From: Gammaproteobacteria bacterium
GTDB lineage: Bacteria; Pseudomonadota; Gammaproteobacteria; HyVt-429
NCBI GenBank assembly: GCA_013152415.1
Contig: JAADGI010000018.1
Coordinates: forward strand, 13,046-77,045
DNA: 64,000 bases
Direction of reading: 5' to 3'
The notes below the pieces were generated by a model. That model worked only from the letters and a program-made list of their open reading frames with translations. It was not told the origin of the DNA and did not search any database. Positions 31,116-39,946 of the stretch are shown piece after piece (position 1 is the stretch's first letter; the number at the start of each line of letters is the position of its first letter). A program made the position numbers and the translations under genes.

Positions 31116-32582
31116 TTGTTGCCTTTTAAAAAACAGCACCACTTTATGAATAAAATACACTGCAAACATCATCCTACTGCACCCGCAAGTTGGACGTGCG
31201 ACCAATGCGGCACAGATCTTTGTTCATCGTGCATCAAGCATGACTATTTGCCTGATAAAGTTGCCGTATGCCCAGTCTGCGACCAGAATTTACGTTCGCT
31301 TGGATCCGAAAATTTGATCCAGCCATTTTGGCTCCGAATACCAAGATTTTTTCTATTCCCCTTAAACATATCTTCCCTCTTGTACATTGGGGCATTGTCG
31401 CTAGTTAGCATTATTACATTTCAACCATCGCTTATCGGCTTGCTTTTTCAGTTAGCCATCTTTCTGGTTTTCCTAAAATATGCCTATGCTGTCCTGGCCC
31501 AACGAGCGGCCGGTTATGAAAGCCCACCCGAAATAAACGCAGATATGATCAACCAGGGATTAGATTTGCCCTTCAAACAGCTCGGCATATTTCTTCTTAT
31601 TGGGTTTATCGGTGGAGCTGTATACCGGAATACTGGACCAGTAGCGGCATACGTTTACGACATAATCATTAATCTCTTTATCCCTGCAACAGTTATGGTA
31701 TTAGCGATTGACAACAGTTTCTTTCGCGCAATAAACCCCATACTGCTGTTTTCCATTATTAGGCGAATGGGTTTGCCGTATCTAATACTCTGTATATTTC
31801 TTTTAATTTTACAGGGTGGGGGAGGATTAGTGATGAGTTTATTCGGTCGTCCTGAATCTTTCTTGGCAGCACTGTTTATCTTCAATATTTTTTCAATGTA
31901 TTTTTTACTCATTATGTTCAACATGATGGGATATGCGATATACCAACACCACGAAGCTCTGGGTTATCCAATTGAAATCGAACCTGATGAGCAAACGAGA
32001 AAAACCAATCAGGAATCAACAAAACAATATGTGGGCATGCCAAATGATATCGAAGTTCTCATTAAAGAAGGCCAAATAGCCAAAGTAGTTGGCCGTCTAA
32101 AAGCACTGATAAAAACACAGCCTGGCGAAATTTCAACTCATCGCCTACTCCATAAACTGGCTATGATGGCAAATGATACTGTTGCAGTGCTTGATAACGG
32201 AGAGAGCCTAATCTCTAAACTCATAGAACGCAATTACACCGGAGAAGCAGCGAGTGTTATTGTAGACATCATGACACTACAATCTTCATTTCAGATTGGA
32301 AATGCAGATCTAATATATCCACTTGCCAGACAGCTGGTTTCCACGGGAAAAGGGCAACATGCACTCGATATAATAAATGGATATGCTCAACGCTTCCCAC
32401 AACATCCTGATATCCCACGGCTGTATCTACTGGCCGCCAAGATACTTTGTGAAACATTAAAAAAGGACAATAGAGCCAAAGGACTACTGGTCAACCTACT
32501 AAAAACGTACCCGAAACACGAACTGGCACCTGAGATTGCATCATATCTAGAGGTGGTTAATAGGCTATCAACTTCGCACTAA
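31116..32582 (+). CDS. Polytopic membrane protein with an N-terminal B-box-like zinc finger and a C-terminal helical (TPR-like) domain
   Basis: C-x2-H-x8-C-x2-C-x4-C-x2-C-x3-H-x9-C-x2-C cluster at the N-terminus, about 6 TM helices, and a C-terminal soluble helical domain. Confidence 0.6.
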   Translation: MLPFKKQHHFMNKIHCKHHPTAPASWTCDQCGTDLCSSCIKHDYLPDKVAVCPVCDQNLRSLGSENLIQPFWLRIPRFFLFPLNISSLLYIGALSLVSIITFQPSLIGLLFQLAIFLVFLKYAYAVLAQRAAGYESPPEINADMINQGLDLPFKQLGIFLLIGFIGGAVYRNTGPVAAYVYDIIINLFIPATVMVLAIDNSFFRAINPILLFSIIRRMGLPYLILCIFLLILQGGGGLVMSLFGRPESFLAALFIFNIFSMYFLLIMFNMMGYAIYQHHEALGYPIEIEPDEQTRKTNQESTKQYVGMPNDIEVLIKEGQIAKVVGRLKALIKTQPGEISTHRLLHKLAMMANDTVAVLDNGESLISKLIERNYTGEAASVIVDIMTLQSSFQIGNADLIYPLARQLVSTGKGQHALDIINGYAQRFPQHPDIPRLYLLAAKILCETLKKDNRAKGLLVNLLKTYPKHELAPEIASYLEVVNRLSTSH

Positions 32583-32599
32583 CATACTGGCCCCAATCG

Positions 32600-34060
32600 C
32601 TAACAACGTTGACGTTTTGCAAGCTTGGCAGCATGGCTGCCTGAATATATATCAGAGAGTAATTTCAGATAATGCCTGTGCTTGTTTTCCTTGCCTTCAC
32701 GACAAAATGCGGTTGCTAGCATTAAGAGTCCATCTGGCAAGCCAGCCAAATCCTTATCTTTCTTAAGAAGATAGGTGAAGATTTGTTCGGCATTATTAGT
32801 GTAACCACCTTTGGCAAAACAAACCCCCAGTTCGCAAAACTCTTTTGATGACATTCTCATGGTGGGTCTGGCGTGCTTACTATAGTCCGAAAATATCTCG
32901 TTGGCTGTCATCAAATAATGTTGGTCACCCATGCCCATTTTGAGTAATTTAAGAGCGATGCTATGGTAGCCGTCAGACAACGGGTGCATCTTATTGATGC
33001 GATAGAGTTTCACCAACACTTCTTGATCATCGGGGTCGCGTTGTAACATCTCTTTAAACACTCGTTTGGCCTTCTCGAATTCCAATTCCGCCATAAAGTT
33101 CAAACCTCGTTCAAGATCACTTATGCGCCGTTGCTTCTCAGATGACTCATTAATGTAGTCAAAATCTACAGTCCGAAATACCTTCGCTTGCAGCAAACCG
33201 ATTGCTGCACCGCCTAAATACCCCCCAATATGCACGACATAAGCAATCCTCTGGTAGCCATTAAAAACACCATACCACTCGTTCAGCAGCCATAAGGGTA
33301 TAAGAATAATGGCTGGCGCTTTTACAAAATCAAAATAAAAGACTATCCAATAAAAAAATCTTATTTTACGCACACCAAAAAGTACTGAGTAGAGACCCAT
33401 TACTGCACTAATAGCGCCCGAGGCTCCAAGAACCGAACGGTCTGGATACACTAGAGCCCAAAGTCCTATTGACAACAACCCACCCAAAATATAAGAAAAA
33501 AAGAACTGGGTATGTCCTAATATTCGCTCTACTGCAAAACCGACAATGAATAGAAATAGCATGTTGCCCACAAGGTGGCCTAGGCTACCGTGTAGAAATG
33601 CAGATGTTATATATGTAATGGCATCGTTACGATGGAAGGAATAATTATTTGTTACCAAGCGGCCATACATTCGGTCGAATTTAATTCGAGAAAGTTTCCA
33701 TTTAATAAATTTGGGATGCGCGATAGTTATGATTTCATTGCGATGGAGTTTTTCCATAAACTCGCCAGTATATTGAATATCATAGAATATCCACATTGCC
33801 TGTTTATTTTGACTTACTGATTCCCTCACAGAGGCTGAATGTTCATACTCACCAACGCTACTTAGATAATCAGCAAATAGCGGAAACTCTATGACATGCA
33901 ATTTAGCTGCAAAGTAATAGTTTGATGCTTGTGCTAGCCTTTTAGCATCGCCCCCTTGAATAACAAAAAAAACAAATATGTTAATCAGCACTAAAGCGAT
34001 GGTGACAAATGGAGGATTTTTCCAATTAATATTCTTTTCTAGAGGTATGAGTAACAACAC
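32600..34060 (-). CDS. Rhomboid-family intramembrane serine protease with C-terminal TPR-like domain
   Basis: GASGAISAV (GxSG) catalytic serine and a downstream His inside TM helices. The C-terminal third is soluble and helical. Confidence 0.8.
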   Translation of the reverse strand: MLLLIPLEKNINWKNPPFVTIALVLINIFVFFVIQGGDAKRLAQASNYYFAAKLHVIEFPLFADYLSSVGEYEHSASVRESVSQNKQAMWIFYDIQYTGEFMEKLHRNEIITIAHPKFIKWKLSRIKFDRMYGRLVTNNYSFHRNDAITYITSAFLHGSLGHLVGNMLFLFIVGFAVERILGHTQFFFSYILGGLLSIGLWALVYPDRSVLGASGAISAVMGLYSVLFGVRKIRFFYWIVFYFDFVKAPAIILIPLWLLNEWYGVFNGYQRIAYVVHIGGYLGGAAIGLLQAKVFRTVDFDYINESSEKQRRISDLERGLNFMAELEFEKAKRVFKEMLQRDPDDQEVLVKLYRINKMHPLSDGYHSIALKLLKMGMGDQHYLMTANEIFSDYSKHARPTMRMSSKEFCELGVCFAKGGYTNNAEQIFTYLLKKDKDLAGLPDGLLMLATAFCREGKENKHRHYLKLLSDIYSGSHAAKLAKRQRC

Positions 34061-34295
34061 GGCGCTATGAGTTCAACATTGAAGGGCTTGAGCTCTTTAT
34101 AGGGAATTTCAAAATATCATGAAGGAAGTGGCCAAACAACGTTCCACGTTCCTATTTGACAGAGCGCTAAATACAACACAGGGCGTAGCCACAGAGAAAA
34201 GCAATCCACCTCATCGCCCAAACCACTCAATCTCGGTAAGTTTTGAACCCTGCTGGCCCACGCGACCCGGCACCCATCCCATTAAATCGGGGCTA

Positions 34296-34482
34296 AAAAC
34301 CCTAATGCGTTGGGATTAGGGTTTTCTGTAGAGTCCAGACGACCAGTCAGTCTATGGTATGCGCCATCAAGGTATAGAACATATCGCCGTGCCAGGTTTG
34401 ACATGGACGAAGGATGGCAGTCCGCCAAGGAACAGGCACCGGGAGAGTAGCCTGTTGCATAAGGCCCCATGGACGGGGCCTT
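34296..34482. other. Cluster of three perfect hairpins in a 650-bp divergent intergenic region (candidate small RNA or regulatory structure)
   Basis: AAAACCCTAAT-N8-ATTAGGGTTTT (34296-34325), AACAGGC-N12-GCCTGTT (34431-34456) and AAGGCCCC-N6-GGGGCCTT (34461-34482). Confidence 0.4.
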
Positions 34483-34706
34483 ACTCTCCCACCAAAAATA
34501 ACAAGCCCCGAATGATGCGCACGGGCAACTCAGTCAGCCCCTTACACATACAAATTAACGCCCCAGGGCACTCAAATCGGCCTGATTATTCCGTCACAGG
34601 CGCTATAATATTAGCAATTCCCCTTATACTGAGCTCGTAGCCATGGCATGATCATTTTCTGGTCACCCACAGCGGATTGAAACGACACAGTGGACACGGG
34701 CGCACA

Positions 34707-36011
34707 ATGAATAAAGTCATTAAGAACGTCCCATATGAAGATGAAGTACACGTTGTCAAGCCAGCGACGACACAATCGCTGGCGCACAATTCTGACCTGA
34801 TTTACAACGTCCTCACCGCAGTTTCCAAGGCCCACGCCGAGGGCAAAGCCGCCCTGGTCGAACGTTATGGCTTTACCCGTACCCAGGCAGAAACCATCGC
34901 CCGTCTTTCTGCCCACGAACTCCATCGTCTTAGTGATCCCAAGCTCAAATTATTTAACATGCATATGGACACGGATGCACTGGATCACATGCTCGTACAT
35001 ATGCAAAAAGAGGAACGGCACCGGGCGCTTCAAGATCGACTGCTTTCTCTGGGTGCCCCTGCACCACTGATGCAAGAACTCTTTGGCTGGAGCGCCCAGG
35101 ACTGCGCTGACCGCCGCAAGGCCTTAGACATTTCCGGAGCCGATACGGGACGCCCCCGGCGCACCACTGAAGAGGAAGACCAAGCCATCTGGAAATCGTG
35201 GAATGGAAGCCTGGGAATGACCAAGGCTGAACGCTATGAGACAGTGGCCAGCGAGACCGGGATGCGACTCAATTTGATCTGGGCCCAGGTCAAAGGCTGG
35301 ACCAATGAAGGAGTACCCCTGTCTGAAAATGATTCTTTTATTGAGGACTCACAAAACACGCCCATTTCAGAACGGGTACCCCCGATCATTTCTAAAAGCA
35401 AAACCTCCCTGCGGCGCAGACTGTGGCATCGCTTCACACACCGCCCGGACTCCGAGCACGATCAGGCACTAATACGCCTGTTCGCTGCACCCTGCCTGAT
35501 AGCCTATGGTTATTTTGTGGCACCCTACGATCAATATGCCGCACTACAGCTAGCAGAAACCCAACGTATGCTGCTATTGGTAGGGGCAGTCTTCTTCACT
35601 GTCACCGTCCTGCTTACCCTGTCTATCTTAATCTGGCCAAAGACTGTTGAATCGAGACGTTACGCCTCTATCTGCCTGGATGTCGTGGGGTGTACCATTT
35701 TTATTGGCTACCTGGGTGACTTTGGCGTCCTATTCTACGTCATGTATCTATGGGCCATTGTCGGTGGTGGTTTTCGTTATGGCGTCAACTACTTGATTGT
35801 CGCCACCGTGGTCTCCATGACAGGGTTTAGTATTGTATTCTCCATCCACCCCTACTGGCAGTCCCTTGGGGCCATACCCTACTGCTTACTCGCTGGTCTG
35901 TTTGTCGTCCCGGCCTGGACACTGGCCTGGATGCACAGCAAAACACGGGCCCAGCGGCGCGCTCAACAGGTGCGTATTGGTGTACATACCATATTGCCCT
36001 ATCTGGAATAG
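34707..36011 (+). CDS. Two-domain protein: N-terminal soluble domain resembling DUF2857 (an ICE-associated family) fused to a C-terminal 5-6 TM domain
   Basis: The N-terminal roughly 230 aa resemble DUF2857 proteins from integrative conjugative elements (LGxxxxxMxELFGxxxxD...RRK). The C-terminus is polytopic. The ATG at 34707 is preferred over the TTG at 34677. Confidence 0.5.
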   Translation: MNKVIKNVPYEDEVHVVKPATTQSLAHNSDLIYNVLTAVSKAHAEGKAALVERYGFTRTQAETIARLSAHELHRLSDPKLKLFNMHMDTDALDHMLVHMQKEERHRALQDRLLSLGAPAPLMQELFGWSAQDCADRRKALDISGADTGRPRRTTEEEDQAIWKSWNGSLGMTKAERYETVASETGMRLNLIWAQVKGWTNEGVPLSENDSFIEDSQNTPISERVPPIISKSKTSLRRRLWHRFTHRPDSEHDQALIRLFAAPCLIAYGYFVAPYDQYAALQLAETQRMLLLVGAVFFTVTVLLTLSILIWPKTVESRRYASICLDVVGCTIFIGYLGDFGVLFYVMYLWAIVGGGFRYGVNYLIVATVVSMTGFSIVFSIHPYWQSLGAIPYCLLAGLFVVPAWTLAWMHSKTRAQRRAQQVRIGVHTILPYLE

Positions 36012-36052
36012 GCCTGGCTCCATATGTGGGATATTGAAATACGGTGACGCCC

Positions 36053-37120
36053 CTACCCAGGGGGGTGATAGTTAAGGGCGGTCAGTACGGTCCAAGTGGG
36101 ATGAAATTGATCATAGGCATCCCCACTTTGATAGTAGGAAGATGTCCAGGACCCCTGCCTATCCTGAAGGCCAAGAAGGTACCGTTCAGCATCCCGCAAC
36201 TTGGGTAACTCACTATACCCAAGAATCTTTAGGCAATGGACAAACTCGGCAAGAAGATCCCTATCGTTCACAATATCACGCACGGTGTCGAAATGCGCAA
36301 GAAGATAGCCTTCCAACCTTTGTCTAAGCTTGTTTTTTACTGGAGCATGCCGCCCAAAATCAGACATCACAAAGATTAAATGGGTGACATAATAATTCTG
36401 TAAGGAATACTTATCGGCAACGGTATACTCGTACACGAGATCCAAATCCACCAGCTTGGCAAGATACCGATCAAGTACCCCCTGGGGCAGGGCCAAATCA
36501 ATCTTGGGAAATCGCCTTTGCAAACGATCTGGGTAATAAGCGTTGATAACAAGGTCTGTCAATTTTGAGTAGTCTTTCGATATAACGGCGTTATCAAAGA
36601 TGGATTCTTGTTCTGCCCACGGTAACTGATCAAAACCCAAGCGATAGTAGTCCGCAAACTTGTTCACCTCGACACCATATTTGTACACATAAGGCAAAAT
36701 GGCGATAAATTGCTGCCTGGCTGAATCGGTGATAGGGAAGACGGCAGACAAACGCCCCGCCAACCGGCCTAGGGCCTGGCGTGACAGTGCCTCGACATAT
36801 CCCTCCATGGCGGAACCCTGGCTGCCTGTCGCCAGTTCCTCCAGCATAAGCAGATAGTCGGGGGCGATATATTCAAATCGGTTGTCGTCATCTACAAGCG
36901 CCAACACCCACTGCAAACCCCCCAATATGGCATACTCACGGGAGTCGGCTTTGAGCTGATTTTTATCTCGATCAATGGCCCAACAGACTGGGGTGTGGTG
37001 TGTCAGTTGGCAGCGGGGCGAAACCGAATCTACAAGAGCACCCTGTGCCAGGGCAATAGACCCCACACCTAAAAGCCACAGCAGTAATCTCAGTCTCTTG
37101 TATTTCACCACCACCTCCAA
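36053..37120 (-). CDS. Secreted hypothetical protein (signal peptide)
   Basis: N-terminal signal peptide LLLWLLGVGSIALAQG. No family recognised. Confidence 0.5.
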   Translation of the reverse strand: MEVVVKYKRLRLLLWLLGVGSIALAQGALVDSVSPRCQLTHHTPVCWAIDRDKNQLKADSREYAILGGLQWVLALVDDDNRFEYIAPDYLLMLEELATGSQGSAMEGYVEALSRQALGRLAGRLSAVFPITDSARQQFIAILPYVYKYGVEVNKFADYYRLGFDQLPWAEQESIFDNAVISKDYSKLTDLVINAYYPDRLQRRFPKIDLALPQGVLDRYLAKLVDLDLVYEYTVADKYSLQNYYVTHLIFVMSDFGRHAPVKNKLRQRLEGYLLAHFDTVRDIVNDRDLLAEFVHCLKILGYSELPKLRDAERYLLGLQDRQGSWTSSYYQSGDAYDQFHPTWTVLTALNYHPPG

Positions 37121-37325
37121 AAACCACCACCGCCAACCACAACATGGTGGCTTCGAGCTGATGCTGGTACATGCTAATGAGTTCGTTAGTTACCCTGTCT
37201 TCTTACTAACGTACTCATTAGTAAAACGTGATAGATTGAGATGGGAACCCGTTATGGGTTAAAACTGTCAATCATACTGCTCTATCTAATTTACTTTATC
37301 TATTTTACTGGGGAACCGGACGGCC

Positions 37326-38414
37326 ATGACACCCATGGAACGATATCAACAAGACCTCCGTAGAAAAAACTACCATAAAGATGCTCGCCAACTGATCGCT
37401 GTCAGTCACACTCAGGACCTATATGATGCAATATTAAGACAACAGAATCATAAAAACTCTTTAACCCACCTGTTCCGCAAACCACCACCCGTTCGTGGAC
37501 TCTATTTATGGGGCGGCACAGGTCGTGGCAAAACCTACCTGGTGGATAGTTTCTATCAGTGCCTGCCCACAGACAAGAAACACCGGATTCATTTTCATCG
37601 ATTTATGAGGGACATCCACAGTCGCCTTAAACGGCTACCCAAATCCCCCAACCCTCTGGTGATCATCGCCAAAGATCTGGCAACCAAGATCCAAATTTTA
37701 TGTGTGGATGAATTTCATGTCCATGATATTGCCGACGCCATGATCATGGCAGGATTGCTCAAGGCCCTCTTCGATAAAGAGGTCACACTTGTGGCCACAT
37801 CCAATATAGCCATTGAAGACCTTTATAAAAATGGATTACAAAGAGACCGATTCATGTATGCCATCGGCTTGCTCAAGAAGCATACCCTGGAGGTCGACCT
37901 CGGTACCGGCACGGACTACCGCTATCATGTCCTGGAAGAAAATGGCACCTACTTCGCAGGTAACGCTGACAGCAGCAAAAAATTCCTGGAGCGCCAACTT
38001 GGCGCTCTGGTACCGTGCACACCCAAGCGCAACCACCAACTAGAGATCAACCATCGCCAAATCGACTACGTGGCCCTGGCAGATGATGTTGTCTGGTTCA
38101 ATTTTGACGCCCTGTGTGATTCACCACGCTCTGCCAGTGACTACATTGAAATCGCACGAATGTATCATACCGTCATCTTGAGTGATGTACCCATCCTTAA
38201 GCCATCACAAGATGCGGCTGCAAAACGTTTTATTCATCTAATCGATGCGCTCTATGACAACAATGTGAAATTGATTATCAGCGCCCAAACTGAGCCGACA
38301 CAACTTTACCAGGGATCAAGCCTGGAATTTGCTTTTCAGCGCACCGCCAGTCGACTCATGGAAATGCGCAGCAAAACCTACCTAAGTGCACCGCATCGCA
38401 CCACGATAGATTAA
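37326..38414 (+). CDS. zapE: Cell division protein ZapE (AFG1-family ATPase)
   Basis: Walker A GGTGRGKT. The AFG1/ZapE length and motifs are present. Confidence 0.85.
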   Translation: MTPMERYQQDLRRKNYHKDARQLIAVSHTQDLYDAILRQQNHKNSLTHLFRKPPPVRGLYLWGGTGRGKTYLVDSFYQCLPTDKKHRIHFHRFMRDIHSRLKRLPKSPNPLVIIAKDLATKIQILCVDEFHVHDIADAMIMAGLLKALFDKEVTLVATSNIAIEDLYKNGLQRDRFMYAIGLLKKHTLEVDLGTGTDYRYHVLEENGTYFAGNADSSKKFLERQLGALVPCTPKRNHQLEINHRQIDYVALADDVVWFNFDALCDSPRSASDYIEIARMYHTVILSDVPILKPSQDAAAKRFIHLIDALYDNNVKLIISAQTEPTQLYQGSSLEFAFQRTASRLMEMRSKTYLSAPHRTTID

Positions 38415-38448
38415 GCCCGGTTTTCAGACAATCAAGGGAGGCCCAAAA

Positions 38449-39096
38449 CTATGACGCCGCTGATATCGTCTCGGCTTCCCACTCGGGTGTGGTCTCTGAC
38501 CAGGCCGGTGTTTGGGCAACACGCTGATACCAGGCCTGAACATTGTCATAACTTGACCATGGCATCTTGGCGGGTTCGGCATAGGCAAAACAAGAGGCGA
38601 TGGAAAAATCTGCCAGGGTCAGCTCATCACCACAAATAAATTTATTCGTCTGTAGATGACGATCCAGGACCACGGCACAGTCTTTGAAGCTTTCTGCGGC
38701 CTCTTCCAGCTTGGCTGGATCCGGGGCACCCATATCCAGTATAGGTTTGAGCATATTCTGGAACAAAAATGTATTGGTAGGCAGCGCCAGATGACACATC
38801 TGCCAGGCCAACCATCGATTAACATCGGCCCGCTTTTGGGTGTCCTCGGGGTAGAGTGAGCTGGGTCCAAAACGATCTGCCAAATACTGCATAATGGCAT
38901 TGGACTCCCATAGACTAAAATCACCGTCCACCAGGATGGGTAGCCGCCCGGTGATATTGTGCTGCTGAATCTCTGCTACCTTGTGCTCACCTTTGAGTAA
39001 GTTGGCCACTTCCACATCCACGTCGGCCTTGAGATGGGCCACGGTGGCCAGGACCCGCCACGAATGGTGGGAAGGGGGGAAACAGTAAAGTCGCAT
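38449..39096 (-). CDS. Glutathione S-transferase
   Basis: N-terminal thioredoxin-like GST domain (MRLYCFPPSHHSWRV ...) and a C-terminal helical domain. The start is set at MRLY. Confidence 0.8.
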   Translation of the reverse strand: MRLYCFPPSHHSWRVLATVAHLKADVDVEVANLLKGEHKVAEIQQHNITGRLPILVDGDFSLWESNAIMQYLADRFGPSSLYPEDTQKRADVNRWLAWQMCHLALPTNTFLFQNMLKPILDMGAPDPAKLEEAAESFKDCAVVLDRHLQTNKFICGDELTLADFSIASCFAYAEPAKMPWSSYDNVQAWYQRVAQTPAWSETTPEWEAETISAAS

Positions 39097-39161
39097 ATCC
39101 AAATCCTCCATATTGATGCCAGGCTGGCGGACCAATACTGTACCTACAGGTACAGTATTGG

Positions 39162-39773
39162 TCAAGCCGCCCCGCCCGACTGTCTCAGGGATTTTAAATA
39201 AATCAGGGCATTTTTGACTGCGGCCTCCAGGGCCTGAGGATGACGTTGTACCTTTGACACCAGCAAACCACCCTGCAAAGTAGCAAAACAAAACTGCGCC
39301 AGCTCCTGGGGGTCTGCGCCAACCTTAAGCCTTTTTTGCTCCTTTTGGTTATCAAAAAACCGCTCCAAATTGGCCATCGCCTTGGTAAATACGGCGTTGA
39401 CATCCTGACGGATCAATTCCTGAGCAGGATCAAGCTCATTACCAATTGTGCCGATGGGGCAGCCTCTTTGGCAGTCATACTGCTTGCTGACGGTGACGAA
39501 AAACCCAAACCAGGCCTCCAGACCCTTCCAGGTCCTGATGGGTTGGTTGTTGAATTGACCCTCACACATCTGGGCATAAAAATATTGCAGGGTCTCGTGG
39601 ACCAGGCCTTCTTTGCTGCCAAAGTGATGGTAAAACTGGCTCTTGCCGGTAGCGGTACGATCCATCACGTCCTGGGGACTGGTGGCGCGCACCCCCTGGG
39701 CATGAAACAGATCCATGGCCGCCAGGATCATCCTGTGTTTGGTCTTTTTGGGACGTGCCGATGGGGCTGACAT
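39162..39773 (-). CDS. TetR/AcrR family transcriptional regulator
   Basis: N-terminal HTH (ILAAMDLFHAQGVRATSPQDVMDRTATGKSQFYHHF). Its gene diverges from the giant ORF. Confidence 0.85.
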   Translation of the reverse strand: MSAPSARPKKTKHRMILAAMDLFHAQGVRATSPQDVMDRTATGKSQFYHHFGSKEGLVHETLQYFYAQMCEGQFNNQPIRTWKGLEAWFGFFVTVSKQYDCQRGCPIGTIGNELDPAQELIRQDVNAVFTKAMANLERFFDNQKEQKRLKVGADPQELAQFCFATLQGGLLVSKVQRHPQALEAAVKNALIYLKSLRQSGGAA

Positions 39774-39946
39774 AACTGTACCTCCAGGTCTATTATAATC
39801 CTTCGCCCCGTCCACACAAAAACCCTTTCTTGGTGCTGGGTACCGGCCCGTAGGTCAACTGCCTGCCTCCCTGGCGTTGGTCATGGAAGCAAAAGGCACT
39901 ACACTCAAAGGCTCCACTGCCGGAACTGGATTCGAGGGACGATGTT

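Noticed and set aside
34296-34482. Tested the hairpin cluster against tmRNA, RNase P RNA, 6S RNA and SRP RNA signatures. The cluster begins GGGGCU... and ends ...CCCACCA-like.
   Set aside because: No match to the conserved cores of any of these: no tRNA-like acceptor or T-arm, no SRP GGAA tetraloop motif, no RNase P P4. It is kept only as an unclassified structured region.
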